DNA from: an uncultured Gemmatimonadaceae bacterium
GTDB lineage: Bacteria > Gemmatimonadota > Gemmatimonadetes > Gemmatimonadales > Gemmatimonadaceae
Length of the DNA stretch: 64,000 bases
NCBI GenBank assembly: GCA_963740355.1
Contig: CAVUDW010000003.1
Location: forward strand, 1,792,001-1,856,000
Direction: 5' to 3'
Numbering within the stretch: position 1 is the stretch's first letter; each line of letters opens with the position of its first letter. The translations under genes and the position numbers were made by a program. Below the pieces are notes generated by a model. It did no database searches and was not told the DNA's origin. It saw nothing but the letters and a program-made list of their open reading frames with translations. Shown in pieces: positions 20,583 through 30,805 of this stretch.

Positions 20583-20807
20583 ATGGCCAGTCAGTCCGAA
20601 GGACGTCACGTCCCGATTACTCCGACCAAGGAAGGGTGGCCGTACGCCATCCTGACGACGGTCGTCGCTGTTGCGCTGTGGTTTGGTGCCTGGAGCATCC
20701 ACAAGGCGACGTATCGCGACCCGACCGATCCGATGTTCCACGCCAAGGGTTCACTGCCCCACACGTCGACGGTGAAGCCCGCCGCAGCGGCTCCGGCCGA
20801 GCACTAG
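20583..20807 (+). CDS. Small single-TM hypothetical protein
   Basis: GAGGAG RBS, TM segment, followed by terminator. Confidence 0.65.
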   Translation: MASQSEGRHVPITPTKEGWPYAILTTVVAVALWFGAWSIHKATYRDPTDPMFHAKGSLPHTSTVKPAAAAPAEH

Positions 20808-20827
20808 GCGCGGTTGGTACGAACGAA

Positions 20828-20860
20828 AAGCGGCGCACACCTTCGTGGTGTGCGCCGCTT
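20828..20860. terminator. Terminator hairpin
   Basis: AAGCGGCGCACACC-ttcgt-GGTGTGCGCCGCTT. Confidence 0.75.
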
Positions 20861-20895
20861 CGTCGTTTGCGGCGTTCGACGCGACCGAAAGACTG

Positions 20896-21076
20896 AACTG
20901 CAGAACTGCAATGGAGCGGAGCACACGGAGCTCACGGAGTGCTCCAGTTGCAGCGGACGGAGCAGCGCGGACCACCGCTCTGCTTTTGCTCAATACGACA
21001 ACCAATGAGCGGGCGGGCACAGGAGGTTGCCCTGGGCGCACTCCGTGAGCTCCGTGGCCTCCCCCTCAATGCAGTT
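20896..21076. repeat. Palindromic REP-like element (CACGGAG-doublet arms, AACTGCA ends)
   Basis: Perfect 19-bp inverted repeat 20924-20942 / 21038-21056; outer AACTGCA/TGCAGTT. Confidence 0.75.
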
Positions 21077-21126
21077 GAAAACGACGAGCGTGCGCGAGTG
21101 CTGGCGTCGCGCGCCAACGCCTCGTG

Positions 21127-22197
21127 CTAAAGCCGCGCGCGGATCGCGACGCCGCCGGAGCCGGTTTCGATGGAGATGCGCGAGCGACCATCACCGATGC
21201 GGGCGGAGAGCTCGCCCTCGGAGCGACGCACGCCGACCAGTGGCAGATCGCTGCGAATGCCACCGGAGCCGGTGCTGATCTCGAGTTCGGCGCCGAAGTT
21301 CGATGGGGCAATGAGCGTCACCGAACCGCTGCCAGTGTCGACGTGCAGGGAGCCTGCAGCGGCGGTGGGCGCGACTTCCACCGAACCGCTCCCGGTGTCC
21401 AGTGACATGACCGGCGCCTCGATATTGCGCGCCGTGACCCGTCCCGAGCCGGTTTCCACCTTGAGGGTGGCGGAGGCCGAGCAGTCGTCCACGATCACGG
21501 AACCACTGCCGGTGTCGAGCGAGACGTTGCGGGCGCCGGTGACATCCGAGACTTCGACGTCGCCGCTCCCGGTATCGATCGACAGGTCGCCGGCATGGCG
21601 CTTGACCTCGACCGAGCCGGATCCAGTGTCGATATCGAGTGGGCCACGGGTGGCGGCGGTGTGCACGCTGCCGGAATAGGTGTCGATGGTGAGACCACGC
21701 GACGTGCCACCTGCTTCGACGTCGCCGACCGCGAGATGCAGGTCGAGCGCGACGGAGGCCGGTACCCGAATGACCAGGTCGGCCGACGCTTCGAAGTCCG
21801 CATCGCTCGAGATCTGCATGCGCCGACCGCCGGTGACCTTGTTGCCGAAGCGGCCGTCGTCACGCATCCGGAAGGAGCTCGACGATCGACCGCGACGTCG
21901 GCGATCGGTCGCAGCTGGGCGAATGTCGTCCACGGGATAGAAGATGCGGAGCGTCTGCTCCCCGTCGATCAGGCCCGTTTGTGCAATCATCTTGCCTGCG
22001 TCGGCACCGCGAGGCGTGATCACGACTTCGACCTCGCTCGACGTGCCCTGCTCGATGTGGGCCGCGCCGGTCAGGTTCCAGATCGCGACACGTCCGTTGG
22101 CGGGCGTGAGGCGAACGGTTTGCTGCGCGGAGAGGGCGGCGATCGGTGTCGCGAGAATCGCGAGAACGACGGCACCTGTGAGTCTCGGGCTTGGCAT
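21127..22197 (-). CDS. DUF4097 beta-strand repeat (adhesin-like) secreted protein
   Basis: Repeated (D/E)TGSG(S/D)V motifs; signal peptide. Confidence 0.85.
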   Translation of the reverse strand: MPSPRLTGAVVLAILATPIAALSAQQTVRLTPANGRVAIWNLTGAAHIEQGTSSEVEVVITPRGADAGKMIAQTGLIDGEQTLRIFYPVDDIRPAATDRRRRGRSSSSFRMRDDGRFGNKVTGGRRMQISSDADFEASADLVIRVPASVALDLHLAVGDVEAGGTSRGLTIDTYSGSVHTAATRGPLDIDTGSGSVEVKRHAGDLSIDTGSGDVEVSDVTGARNVSLDTGSGSVIVDDCSASATLKVETGSGRVTARNIEAPVMSLDTGSGSVEVAPTAAAGSLHVDTGSGSVTLIAPSNFGAELEISTGSGGIRSDLPLVGVRRSEGELSARIGDGRSRISIETGSGGVAIRARL

Positions 22198-22303
22198 CGC
22201 GGCAGCTCCTGTCGAGTGGCGTGGGGATGGTCGCCGTACGGCAGTCACCCCGGGACGGGTTTCACCGGTTGGCAGATTGCCGCCGCGGCGTGAGCTTGCT
22301 GAC

Positions 22304-23059
22304 ATGAGCGCGAACGCTGAGGGCGAAACGTCGGAGGCAGCATCACCACAGGTGGTGCCGGGCTATGCCGTGACGAGTGTGACACCCAACGATCAGTCGG
22401 CGGTTGCCGCCGCGATGCTGATCGCACTGCTCGCCCAGGACGGGGCGAACGTGGCAGCGATGGTCCCGGTCGAAACCGGCGTGGACGATCCCTGTGAGCC
22501 TGGGAGTTGCGGCGCGCTGGTGCGCTGGGCCGCCGCCCATCTCGACGATCCGCGGTTGGTCACGCCGTTCGCGCTGGCAGCCAACCAGGCGCCGATGCAC
22601 GCGGCCGATGCGTCGGGGACGCTGCTGCACAGCGCCGCCTTCGATCGGGCCCGCGAGGCCCTCTGTGACGGCCGGTCGATGCTGGTGGTCGCGGATGCCG
22701 TGGGGCTGCTCGACCCGATCACGCCGTCGCTCACGATGCTCGACCTGCTCGACCGCTGGCAGCTGGACGCCGTGATCGTGGAGCCAGTTTCGCGATGGGC
22801 CATTGGGCACGTAAACCTGCTCGCGAAGCTTTTACTGTCGAGAAACCTGTCGATTGCCGGCGTGATGCTGTCTCCAAAACTCCCGGATGACGAGACGGAT
22901 GATGACGCCATCGCCGCGATGCAGGAGACGCTGGCGGCCACGCTCGCGTGCCCCGTCATCCTGATGCCACGTGTGCTCGCCATTCACGATCGCGGCGAAC
23001 TCCTGACGGCGGCGCAGGCCTGCGGACTGCATCGTCTGCTACGGCGTTCCCCTACCTGA
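22304..23059 (+). CDS. Dethiobiotin synthase (BioD)-like protein, degenerate
   Basis: PVETG, P..AA, G.LDPI...TMLDL pattern, but no GKT P-loop. Confidence 0.65.
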   Translation: MSANAEGETSEAASPQVVPGYAVTSVTPNDQSAVAAAMLIALLAQDGANVAAMVPVETGVDDPCEPGSCGALVRWAAAHLDDPRLVTPFALAANQAPMHAADASGTLLHSAAFDRAREALCDGRSMLVVADAVGLLDPITPSLTMLDLLDRWQLDAVIVEPVSRWAIGHVNLLAKLLLSRNLSIAGVMLSPKLPDDETDDDAIAAMQETLAATLACPVILMPRVLAIHDRGELLTAAQACGLHRLLRRSPT

Positions 23060-23079
23060 ATTTCCCGCTCCAACCCTGC

Positions 23080-23721
23080 ATGTCGAATATTGCCCACCTC
23101 CGGCGCGACTACGCGCTTGCTTCACTGGATCTGGCCGACGTCGTGGCCGACCCGATCGAACAGTTCCGGCGCTGGTTCGACAACGCCACCGAGGCCAAGG
23201 TCCCGGAGCCGAACGCCATGACGCTGGCCACGGTCGGTGGTGACGGCGCCCCGGACGCCCGCATCGTGCTGCTGAAGGGCGTGGACGATCGTGGGTTCAC
23301 CTTCTTCACCGACTACCGCAGCCAGAAGGGCCAGGACCTGCTGGCGCACCCACAGGCGGCGCTGGTCTTCTTCTGGGTGGAGCTGGAACGACAGGTCCGC
23401 ATCCGCGGTCAGGTCACACAACTCGCGGCCGATGAGTCGCGGACCTACTACGACTCGCGCCCTCGCGGCAGCCGGATCGGCGCCTGGGCGAGCACGCAGA
23501 GCAGCGTGATCCCTGATCGCGCAGTGCTCGAGGAACGGGTGCGCGACGTCGAGGCGCGATTCCCCGGCGAGACGGCGCCACCGCTTCCGCCGCACTGGGG
23601 TGGCTATCTGGTCGCCCCCGCACAGATCGAGTTCTGGCAGGGCCGACAGAGCCGATTGCACGACCGGATTCGGTATCGGCGTGAATCACACGGGTGGTCG
23701 CTGGAGCGGCTTTCGCCGTAA
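23080..23721 (+). CDS. pdxH: Pyridoxamine 5'-phosphate oxidase
   Basis: [37 protein letters not shown]. Confidence 0.95.
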   Translation: MSNIAHLRRDYALASLDLADVVADPIEQFRRWFDNATEAKVPEPNAMTLATVGGDGAPDARIVLLKGVDDRGFTFFTDYRSQKGQDLLAHPQAALVFFWVELERQVRIRGQVTQLAADESRTYYDSRPRGSRIGAWASTQSSVIPDRAVLEERVRDVEARFPGETAPPLPPHWGGYLVAPAQIEFWQGRQSRLHDRIRYRRESHGWSLERLSP

Positions 23722-23806
23722 GGTCGAACACGAGCGCCGTGCTCCGCGTGTGCGAGACGATGCGCGCCGGATGAAACCGGGCCACAGGTGAGTTCATTCG
23801 CACGGC

Positions 23807-24553
23807 ATGACATCCCCGGTTCATCTCATCCTCGGTGCCACTGGTGGCATCGGGTCGACACTCGCCCGCCAGCTGGCCGCCACCGGCGCCCGACTGGTGC
23901 TCGCCGCACGCAAGGCTGACCAGCTCGAGGCGCTCGGCGCGGAGCTTGGTGCGAACACTGTCGTCATCGACGCCACCGTACCCGCCGACATCGAGCGCGC
24001 CGTCGAGACGGCGGTGCAAACCTTCGGTCGCCTCGATGGTGCGACCAACTGTGTGGGATCGCTGCTGCTGAAACCGGCGCATCTGACGCGGCCCGAGGAA
24101 TTCGACGACGTGCTGAGCATCAACCTGCGCTCGGCGTTCTCGCTGGTGCGCTCGGCCACGCGCGTGATGATGAACAACACCGAACCGACGGGCGGCAGCA
24201 TCGTGCTGGTCGCTTCGGCGGCGGCCCGTATCGGGCTGGCGAACCATGAAGCGATTGCCGCGGCCAAGGGCGGCGTGATCAGCCTGACCTTGTCGGCGGC
24301 GGCCAGCTACGCCGCGAAAAACGTTCGCGTGAATTGTGTCGCGCCGGGACTGGTGCGCACACCGCTCACCGCGCGGATCACGGGCAGCGCCGCTGGCGAA
24401 CAGTCGTCACTGGCCATGCATGCACTTGGCCGTCTGGGTGAACCGGGCGACGTCGCGCGTGCGATTGCGTTCCTGCTCGATCCACAGAACGCGTGGATCA
24501 CCGGCCAGACGCTTGGTGTGGACGGTGGGCTCGGTACGGTGCGCAGTCGCTGA
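23807..24553 (+). CDS. SDR-family oxidoreductase
   Basis: GATGGIG, VNCVAPG, WITGQTLGVDGG; atypical HEAIAAAK active site. Confidence 0.88.
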   Translation: MTSPVHLILGATGGIGSTLARQLAATGARLVLAARKADQLEALGAELGANTVVIDATVPADIERAVETAVQTFGRLDGATNCVGSLLLKPAHLTRPEEFDDVLSINLRSAFSLVRSATRVMMNNTEPTGGSIVLVASAAARIGLANHEAIAAAKGGVISLTLSAAASYAAKNVRVNCVAPGLVRTPLTARITGSAAGEQSSLAMHALGRLGEPGDVARAIAFLLDPQNAWITGQTLGVDGGLGTVRSR

Positions 24554-24568
24554 TTGCGCCGGTGCAGT

Positions 24569-24934
24569 TCAGAGGTCGAGCAAGCGGTGTGCGGCCGCCG
24601 AGGCGTGCCATTCACGAGCTGTTGGCGTGAGCATGCCGGCGAGGCCCGCAACGATCGCCGTGATCCCGAAGATGTACGGTGCACCTGGCGCCATCTCGGG
24701 CCAGGTGAGCAACACGCCGACCATCAGCGGTGCGATGGCGGCGAGTGAGGTGAGGAACAGCGCAGTGCGCGAATAGCGCTTCACGCGGAAACAGGCGACC
24801 GCACACATCGGCAGTGCGAGGAACAGCGCCGCAATGGCGCCAGCGCCACCGAAAATCGAGGTGATGGCGAAGAAGGTACCGGTGACGGCGATGGCGCTCA
24901 GCGAGGCGATCACGATCCTCGGCGGGCGCGTCAT
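24569..24934 (-). CDS. Small multi-TM hypothetical protein
   Basis: Four hydrophobic segments; ATGA overlap with upstream gene. Confidence 0.6.
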   Translation of the reverse strand: MTRPPRIVIASLSAIAVTGTFFAITSIFGGAGAIAALFLALPMCAVACFRVKRYSRTALFLTSLAAIAPLMVGVLLTWPEMAPGAPYIFGITAIVAGLAGMLTPTAREWHASAAAHRLLDL

Positions 24935-25899
24935 TTCAGTCGGTCGAGAGACACTTGGGCATCTCGCATGTTGGGGTTGCTGCGCAGCGCGAGCTGGTAC
25001 TCGACGCGTGCCTCCGGCTTCTTGCCCTGCCGCTCGAGAATCTGTGCGAGGCGGTAGTGCGCGTTCGCGACGGGCGGATCGTTCGGGCCCCGCTGCCCGC
25101 GCAGATACTGCCTGAGTGCCTGTTCACCACGGTCCATCTGCTGTCCGGTGACGGCCGCCGTTCGCCCGAGGCTGAAGAGCGCGAACATCGGGTTCGTCCC
25201 CCGTGCCTGCCAGCGGGTGATCGTCGCAAATGCATCGCGCACACGCTGCGCATCGGCCTGCATGGCCGAGAGGTTCGCCCAGCCAAGCACACTGTCGGGG
25301 AACTGTGTGGTGGCCTGCAGCAGGAGCTTCTCGACCTCGATGTTGTCGTGCGTCGTGTTCGCCACGGCGATCTGCGCCGAGAGCCCGCGGAAGGCATCGA
25401 CCTTGCCGATCGCGAGTGCCTGTTCGAGCGCCTTCGTCTTGTCGCCACCGCTGCTCGCCGGCGCCGCGAGCAGGTACTGCATCAGCCCTTCACGTGCATC
25501 GATGTTCGCACCATCGAGTCGAATGGCGGTGGCGTATGCGTCCCGAATGACAGGCGCGAGCCGCACCTTGGTCGCAGGGTCGCCAATACGCGCGAGCTGC
25601 CCGTTGATGTTGCCCACCCAGTAGTAGGCGATGCTGCTGCGCGGGTTGCCCTTCACTGCGGCATCGAAGTGCACGGCGGCGCTATCCCACTTGGCGGCCA
25701 TCACATCGAGACAGCCGGCCGCGAACAGTGCGACGGGCGATGTCCGATTCGCCACCATCAGACGCTGAATCGCGACCCGATCGGTGGCACTGCCGTTGAT
25801 CGCGCGTTCACACGTCTTGCCGTCGGCGAGCGTCTGCGCTTGCACCTGGACGGTGAGAGCGGCGAGTGCGAAAAGCGGCAGCGCGTGGCGCAGTGACAT
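24931..25899 (-). CDS. Secreted TPR-repeat protein
   Basis: Signal peptide; TPR-like helices (AHYRLAQILERQGK...ALRSNPN). Confidence 0.8.
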   Translation of the reverse strand: MSLRHALPLFALAALTVQVQAQTLADGKTCERAINGSATDRVAIQRLMVANRTSPVALFAAGCLDVMAAKWDSAAVHFDAAVKGNPRSSIAYYWVGNINGQLARIGDPATKVRLAPVIRDAYATAIRLDGANIDAREGLMQYLLAAPASSGGDKTKALEQALAIGKVDAFRGLSAQIAVANTTHDNIEVEKLLLQATTQFPDSVLGWANLSAMQADAQRVRDAFATITRWQARGTNPMFALFSLGRTAAVTGQQMDRGEQALRQYLRGQRGPNDPPVANAHYRLAQILERQGKKPEARVEYQLALRSNPNMRDAQVSLDRLK

Positions 25900-25959
25900 G
25901 GGATGGCGACGAGTAGTGTGTGCGATCGGACGGATGCTCCCGTCCCGTGCGATGCGGCC

Positions 25960-26514
25960 CTACCGTCCTCGCATGACTGGCAGCCAGCGGGCGAGCGCTT
26001 CCGGTCCGGGGTAGCCCGGCACGGTCTCGACGATGCGTCCACTGCTGTCCGTCCGCGCGAACACCGGCGTGCCAGGGATGCGAAAGGTGAGCAATACCTG
26101 ATCGCTCTCTCCATCAGGCCCAGCAATGAACGCGCCACGAACTCCGAGCGCCGCGAGCATCGTCTGGCCGGCAGCCACTCCTTCAAGAGTGACGACGCGC
26201 AGTCGGGGAACACCGTCACTTCCCTGCAGTGCGGCGATGTCCTTGAGGGCCTGCCGACAGAACGAGCAGGTCCTGGAATTGACCATCAGGATCGCCGGCA
26301 CCCCTTTGGGCGCGAGTGGCACCCGGGCGTTCGCTGCATCGCGGACAATGAGGTCCGTGACGGCGGAGCGCGCCTGCCCGACGGCGGGATCATCCGACTC
26401 CGCCGGCAGTTCCTTGCGATCGATGGCGAGGCGCCCCACCAGCGTCAGTGCCAAAGCGCCGGCCACCACCCACGCGGCCATTTCCCTGCGACCCATCGAC
26501 GCGGCATCGGCCAT
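25960..26514 (-). CDS. Membrane-anchored thioredoxin-fold protein
   Basis: TM, CSFC, IPGTPVF. Confidence 0.7.
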   Translation of the reverse strand: MADAASMGRREMAAWVVAGALALTLVGRLAIDRKELPAESDDPAVGQARSAVTDLIVRDAANARVPLAPKGVPAILMVNSRTCSFCRQALKDIAALQGSDGVPRLRVVTLEGVAAGQTMLAALGVRGAFIAGPDGESDQVLLTFRIPGTPVFARTDSSGRIVETVPGYPGPEALARWLPVMRGR

Positions 26515-26517
26515 CGC

Positions 26518-27573
26518 CTACTCCCAGCTCTCCGCTTCGGCTGCCAGTTCGTCGAGCAGCTTCACGTAGGTGTCGTATCGCGTGGCCGAGATGTCATCCT
26601 TGGCCAGTGCCTCACGGATGGCGCAGCCCGGCTCGACGACATGGATGCAATCGGCAAAGCGGCACTCGCCGAGGTAGGGGCGAAATTCGGGGAAGTAGCC
26701 GTCGAGATTTTCGGCCGTCAGCCCCCACATCCCGATTTCCCGAAGGCCCGGCGTATCGACGACGTAGCCGCCGCTTGGCAGCGGATGCAGCAGTGCGCCG
26801 ACGGTGGTGTGCCGACCCTTGTTCACGCTCTGGCTGATTTCGCCGACGCGCAGATCGAGCCCGCTGAACATGGCGTTCATGAGGCTGCTCTTTCCGACAC
26901 CGCTCGGTCCGCTGAGCGCCGTGGTGCGGCCTTCGAGTGCCGCGCGCAGCGTATCGAGTCCACGGCCGGTGCTGGTGCTGGTGACATGCACCGGATACCC
27001 CGCCCGTTCGTAATCGGCGAACCGCAGTCGCACACTTTCCGGCGAGACGAGGTCGGACTTGTTGATCACGACCCGGGCGGCGATGTCGTTCGCTTCGGCG
27101 ATGATGAGGAAGCGATCGATCATGCGCGGATGCGGCTCGGGATTGGCGGCCGCGAAGCAGACGAGCACCTGGTCGACATTGGCGGCGACGATGCGCTGCC
27201 CGTAGCCGCCGCCTGGTGCGCGTCGGGCGAGCTGTGATCGGCGCGGGAGGATGTCCGCGATGGCCCACGGCGCGGCGGCATCCTCCTGTTCGATCTGCAC
27301 CTCGTCGCCGACGGCCAGCTTCAGCGTCGGCGTCTCATTTTCGGTGTTGCGATCATCACTCTTGTCGGCACGTGACTTCACGCTCGCACGCGCGCGGCCG
27401 CCGTCGCGATCCGAGCGAGCCTGCTTGCCCTTCGCGTCGTCGAAGCGCTTCAGCCGACCGCGCAACGACGCCTCGATGACCACGCCATCGTTGCGCTGCA
27501 CGCGCCAGACGCCACCAGTCCCGCTGAGTACACGGCCGAAGCTCGGCGCCATGGGCGCTTCCGGTTCAGTCAT
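26518..27573 (-). CDS. rsgA: Ribosome small subunit-dependent GTPase A
   Basis: NKSD, GPSGVGKSS, GRHTT, DTPG, CRFADCIHVVEPGC. Confidence 0.95.
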   Translation of the reverse strand: MTEPEAPMAPSFGRVLSGTGGVWRVQRNDGVVIEASLRGRLKRFDDAKGKQARSDRDGGRARASVKSRADKSDDRNTENETPTLKLAVGDEVQIEQEDAAAPWAIADILPRRSQLARRAPGGGYGQRIVAANVDQVLVCFAAANPEPHPRMIDRFLIIAEANDIAARVVINKSDLVSPESVRLRFADYERAGYPVHVTSTSTGRGLDTLRAALEGRTTALSGPSGVGKSSLMNAMFSGLDLRVGEISQSVNKGRHTTVGALLHPLPSGGYVVDTPGLREIGMWGLTAENLDGYFPEFRPYLGECRFADCIHVVEPGCAIREALAKDDISATRYDTYVKLLDELAAEAESWE

Positions 27574-28000
27574 GCGTCACTTCAGTGTCGCCTGATTCAT
27601 CGCGCATCACGTCGAACCACCGGCGTGCAGCGGGCGGTGCCGTTTCCTCGATGCGCTGCTCGAGCAGTTCGCGCACCTGCTGCAAGGTGAAGGCGCCGAT
27701 CGCGGCGCGGGCGGCTTCGGCGGTCGCGGCACGCGACACGTAGTCCGTCTCGAGGTGCCCCTCGACGCCAGAGGCACCGATGCGGCGCCAGCGCGGGAAG
27801 AGGAGGTACGCCGCCCACAGTGTGCCGGCGTCATTCACCTGATCGACACAGAGCTCGACGGAATACGAGAATCCATCGCTCCCTTCGAACGCTGCCGGGC
27901 GACCGTGCACGAGGGCATATCCGCCGATCGTGTTGGCATCGCCGAGGCTGTGATCGGCAGGCAGGTGCTGCCCACTCACGCGCTCACCATCCGCTGGCAC
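27566..28000 (-). CDS. Hypothetical protein
   Basis: In operon; HGRPAAFEGSDG...GHLETDY; start may be GTG 27979. Confidence 0.65.
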   Translation of the reverse strand: MPADGERVSGQHLPADHSLGDANTIGGYALVHGRPAAFEGSDGFSYSVELCVDQVNDAGTLWAAYLLFPRWRRIGASGVEGHLETDYVSRAATAEAARAAIGAFTLQQVRELLEQRIEETAPPAARRWFDVMRDESGDTEVTHD

Positions 28001-28014
28001 CGCTCACGACGACA

Positions 28015-28956
28015 TCACGCTTTGCTGCGCCCGCCGAGCCATTCCTTGACCACACTTCCGGTCATGAACGTGATGTTGGCGGGGCGTTCGGCGAGGCGTC
28101 GCATGAGATAGGGATACCACTGCGTACCAAAGGGGACGTAGCAGCGCATGCGATAGCCATCACGCACCAGCCCTTCCTGCAGGTCACGACGCACACCATA
28201 GAGCATCTGGAACTCGAAGCGATCGTTGGCGATCCCCTTCTCCTTCGCGAAACGGCGGGCCTCGGCGATGATCACCTCGTCGTGCGTGGCGAGGCCGGGG
28301 TAGTTGCCGTGCTCCATCAACTGGTGCATCACCGTGACGTAGTTCTTGTCGACGTCGGCCTTCTCCGGAAACGCCACCGCGGGCGGCTCCTTGTAGGCCC
28401 CCTTGCAGATGCGCACGCGGGCTCCGAGTTCGTTGGCGCGCTTTACATCGGCCTCGGTGCGGAAGAGGTAACTCTGCAGCACGATGCCGACGTGGGCCTT
28501 GAAGTCGGGATAGAAGTGTTTCTCGAAGAGGTCGAGCGTCTTCTGCGTGTAGTCGCTCGATTCCATGTCGAGCCGCACGAAGTTGTTGTAGCGCTTGGCC
28601 CGTTCGAGAATCTCGCGCGTGACCTTGATGCACAGGTCATCGGAGATGTCCATGCCCATCGCCGTCAGCTTGAGCGACACATTCGCGTTCAGCTTCTCGC
28701 GCTCGATGAGGTCGAGCAGCTGCAGGTATTCGGCCTGCGATGCGTAGGCTTCCTTCTCGTTGGTGGTGCTTTCACCGAGCAGGTCGAGCGTGGCGGCAAT
28801 GCCCTTGGCATTGAGGCTGCGCACGGCATCGATGGCCGACATGACCGACTCGCCGGCGACGAAGCGCGCCGCAAAGGACTTCGCCATGCCGTTGTGGCGC
28901 ACGAAGTTGAAAATGCCCTGTTGGTTGGACAGGTACAGGAGCGCGTTGCGCAGCAT
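28015..28956 (-). CDS. Monofunctional proline dehydrogenase
   Basis: RFVAGE, SLKLT, RLDME, RICKGAY, ATHD, FQMLYG, YLMRRLAERP. Confidence 0.95.
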   Translation of the reverse strand: MLRNALLYLSNQQGIFNFVRHNGMAKSFAARFVAGESVMSAIDAVRSLNAKGIAATLDLLGESTTNEKEAYASQAEYLQLLDLIEREKLNANVSLKLTAMGMDISDDLCIKVTREILERAKRYNNFVRLDMESSDYTQKTLDLFEKHFYPDFKAHVGIVLQSYLFRTEADVKRANELGARVRICKGAYKEPPAVAFPEKADVDKNYVTVMHQLMEHGNYPGLATHDEVIIAEARRFAKEKGIANDRFEFQMLYGVRRDLQEGLVRDGYRMRCYVPFGTQWYPYLMRRLAERPANITFMTGSVVKEWLGGRSKA

Positions 28957-29047
28957 CAGAACGCTGGGAGACGGGTGATCGCGTCACCGCTGCAGGGCGG
29001 TGACCAAGCCGGGAAATATAGCCGTGCGGCGGGCGAAATCCGTCCGC

Positions 29048-30805
29048 TCAGCGCGTGCCAAGCCGCGTGGTGACACGCATGACCGGGTGGTACTTGCCCA
29101 TCAACAGCCGGTCGTCGAACAGGTTCCAGGTGGTGGCACCGTCATTGGACTGCGGTTCCAATAGCTGAGCAGCCACCAGCAACTGCCGCTGCGTGGCGGG
29201 CACCCATTTCCAGTCGGCCGCCGGCAACATGCGAACCTTCACCCAGCGCCCGAGGACACGGACCTCACGGTGGCCCTGGAAGGCACGTCCCACCCGATCG
29301 ACCGAGTCGAGCTGGAATCGCTCGACGTCCACCGAACGACGGCCGGTGAGACGCTCGCGCACGTCCACGCCATGGCGCTTGAGCAGCGCCAGCAGGGTGG
29401 TGTCGCTTCCTTCCACCAGCCAGCCACCGGCGGGCACCATGGTCTGGCGCGTCGGCTCGAAGCGGTCGACTACCGGCATCCACTGGCCGCGAATCCGTCC
29501 CGTGCGCTTGATGCCGAGCGGCACACCGGGTTCGGCACCAAGGCTGTCGCGATCGACTTCGAGATCCTCGACCAGCACGCTGTCGCTGAAGGGGTTCGTC
29601 GTGAGCTGCGTCTCGAGCACGACACCACGCGTGGCAATCCCCGCCGTGAGTGACCGACGCGCCGCATTCACCCGCGCGAGAATGGTCGCATCGGCACCGA
29701 CCGTGCCCAGCATCTCACGGACGAAGGCGTAGGTGCTCTTCACGCGCACATCGAACGGATCGTGCGAATACGCCTCGCTGAGGATCGAGACTCCACCCGT
29801 GAGACCGAAATAGTTGGTGCCGAATCGTGGGCGCGAATCGTAGGTGAACCATCCTTCCTTCTTCGGATCCACCGACACTTCGCGCGCGAAGGAATTGCTG
29901 AAATTCCCGTACGGATACGTCTTCACCCCTTTCCGCCAGAGCCGTCGACGAATGCCAGCCAGCAATGTGTCGCTGGTGAACCGACCCAACGGTGCACCCG
30001 GATGCAGCGATGGTGACCAGGTGAGGTTGTAGCCGTGATAGCTGCCGTTGGTGGTGTGCAGGTCCACGAACACATCCACGCTCCCGTTGGTGAGCATCGG
30101 GAGCATGGCGCGCGTTTCGGGCGCCTCGGCCTTGATGTAATCGCGATTCAGGTCGAGCCCGTCGCCATTCGGCCGTTCGCCAATGATTTCGGGGCCAAGC
30201 TGCGCGCCGCGGTTTCGCGATTGCGGGCCGAGGGCCTCGTTCCCATCGGCGTTGTACATCGGCACCACGATCAACGTCAGGCTGTCGAGCAAGTTGGGCT
30301 TCGAGTCGGTGAGGACGGTGCGCAGTAGTGCCAACACCGCCTCCTTCCCCTCCACTTCACCGGCGTGGATGTTCGCCTGCAGCATCACGACCGGGCGACG
30401 ACGCGCGGTCGTCATGTAGTCGGCGCACGAATCCGCCGTGCGGCTGCTCCGCGAGCAGGCGGTAACCACCAGCAGCGGCCGTCCGCGCGGCGACGTCCCA
30501 AGCCGCGTCACGCGCATCACTCGATTGGGGGCCGTTCGGCTCCGCACGGTGTCGAGAAACGCCATCGCCTCTTCATACGGCGTGGTTTCGCAGAATCCCG
30601 TGCGCTCGGCGCGGGTGGCCGGCGATGGCATGGGCGACGGCATTGCAGGTGTGCATCGCCATGCGGGGGCACGTCGCGGCGCCGTGCGGACGGCTTCCGC
30701 GGCGATACGCGCGCGCTCCGCTGCATCGTCGGGCGCCGGTGTCCGATAGGGAGCACAGGCCGCCAGCACCACGGCGGAGGCGAGGACCACGCGCGTGGTG
30801 CTCAC
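29048..30805 (-). CDS. M14 zinc carboxypeptidase-family lipoprotein
   Basis: LAAC lipobox, IHAGE, DLNRD, DLHTTNG. Confidence 0.88.
   Translation of the reverse strand: MSTTRVVLASAVVLAACAPYRTPAPDDAAERARIAAEAVRTAPRRAPAWRCTPAMPSPMPSPATRAERTGFCETTPYEEAMAFLDTVRSRTAPNRVMRVTRLGTSPRGRPLLVVTACSRSSRTADSCADYMTTARRRPVVMLQANIHAGEVEGKEAVLALLRTVLTDSKPNLLDSLTLIVVPMYNADGNEALGPQSRNRGAQLGPEIIGERPNGDGLDLNRDYIKAEAPETRAMLPMLTNGSVDVFVDLHTTNGSYHGYNLTWSPSLHPGAPLGRFTSDTLLAGIRRRLWRKGVKTYPYGNFSNSFAREVSVDPKKEGWFTYDSRPRFGTNYFGLTGGVSILSEAYSHDPFDVRVKSTYAFVREMLGTVGADATILARVNAARRSLTAGIATRGVVLETQLTTNPFSDSVLVEDLEVDRDSLGAEPGVPLGIKRTGRIRGQWMPVVDRFEPTRQTMVPAGGWLVEGSDTTLLALLKRHGVDVRERLTGRRSVDVERFQLDSVDRVGRAFQGHREVRVLGRWVKVRMLPAADWKWVPATQRQLLVAAQLLEPQSNDGATTWNLFDDRLLMGKYHPVMRVTTRLGTR

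Noticed and set aside
21240..21700. DNA-level repeats in the DUF4097 gene
   Set aside because: Explained by the protein's DTGSGSV beta-repeats
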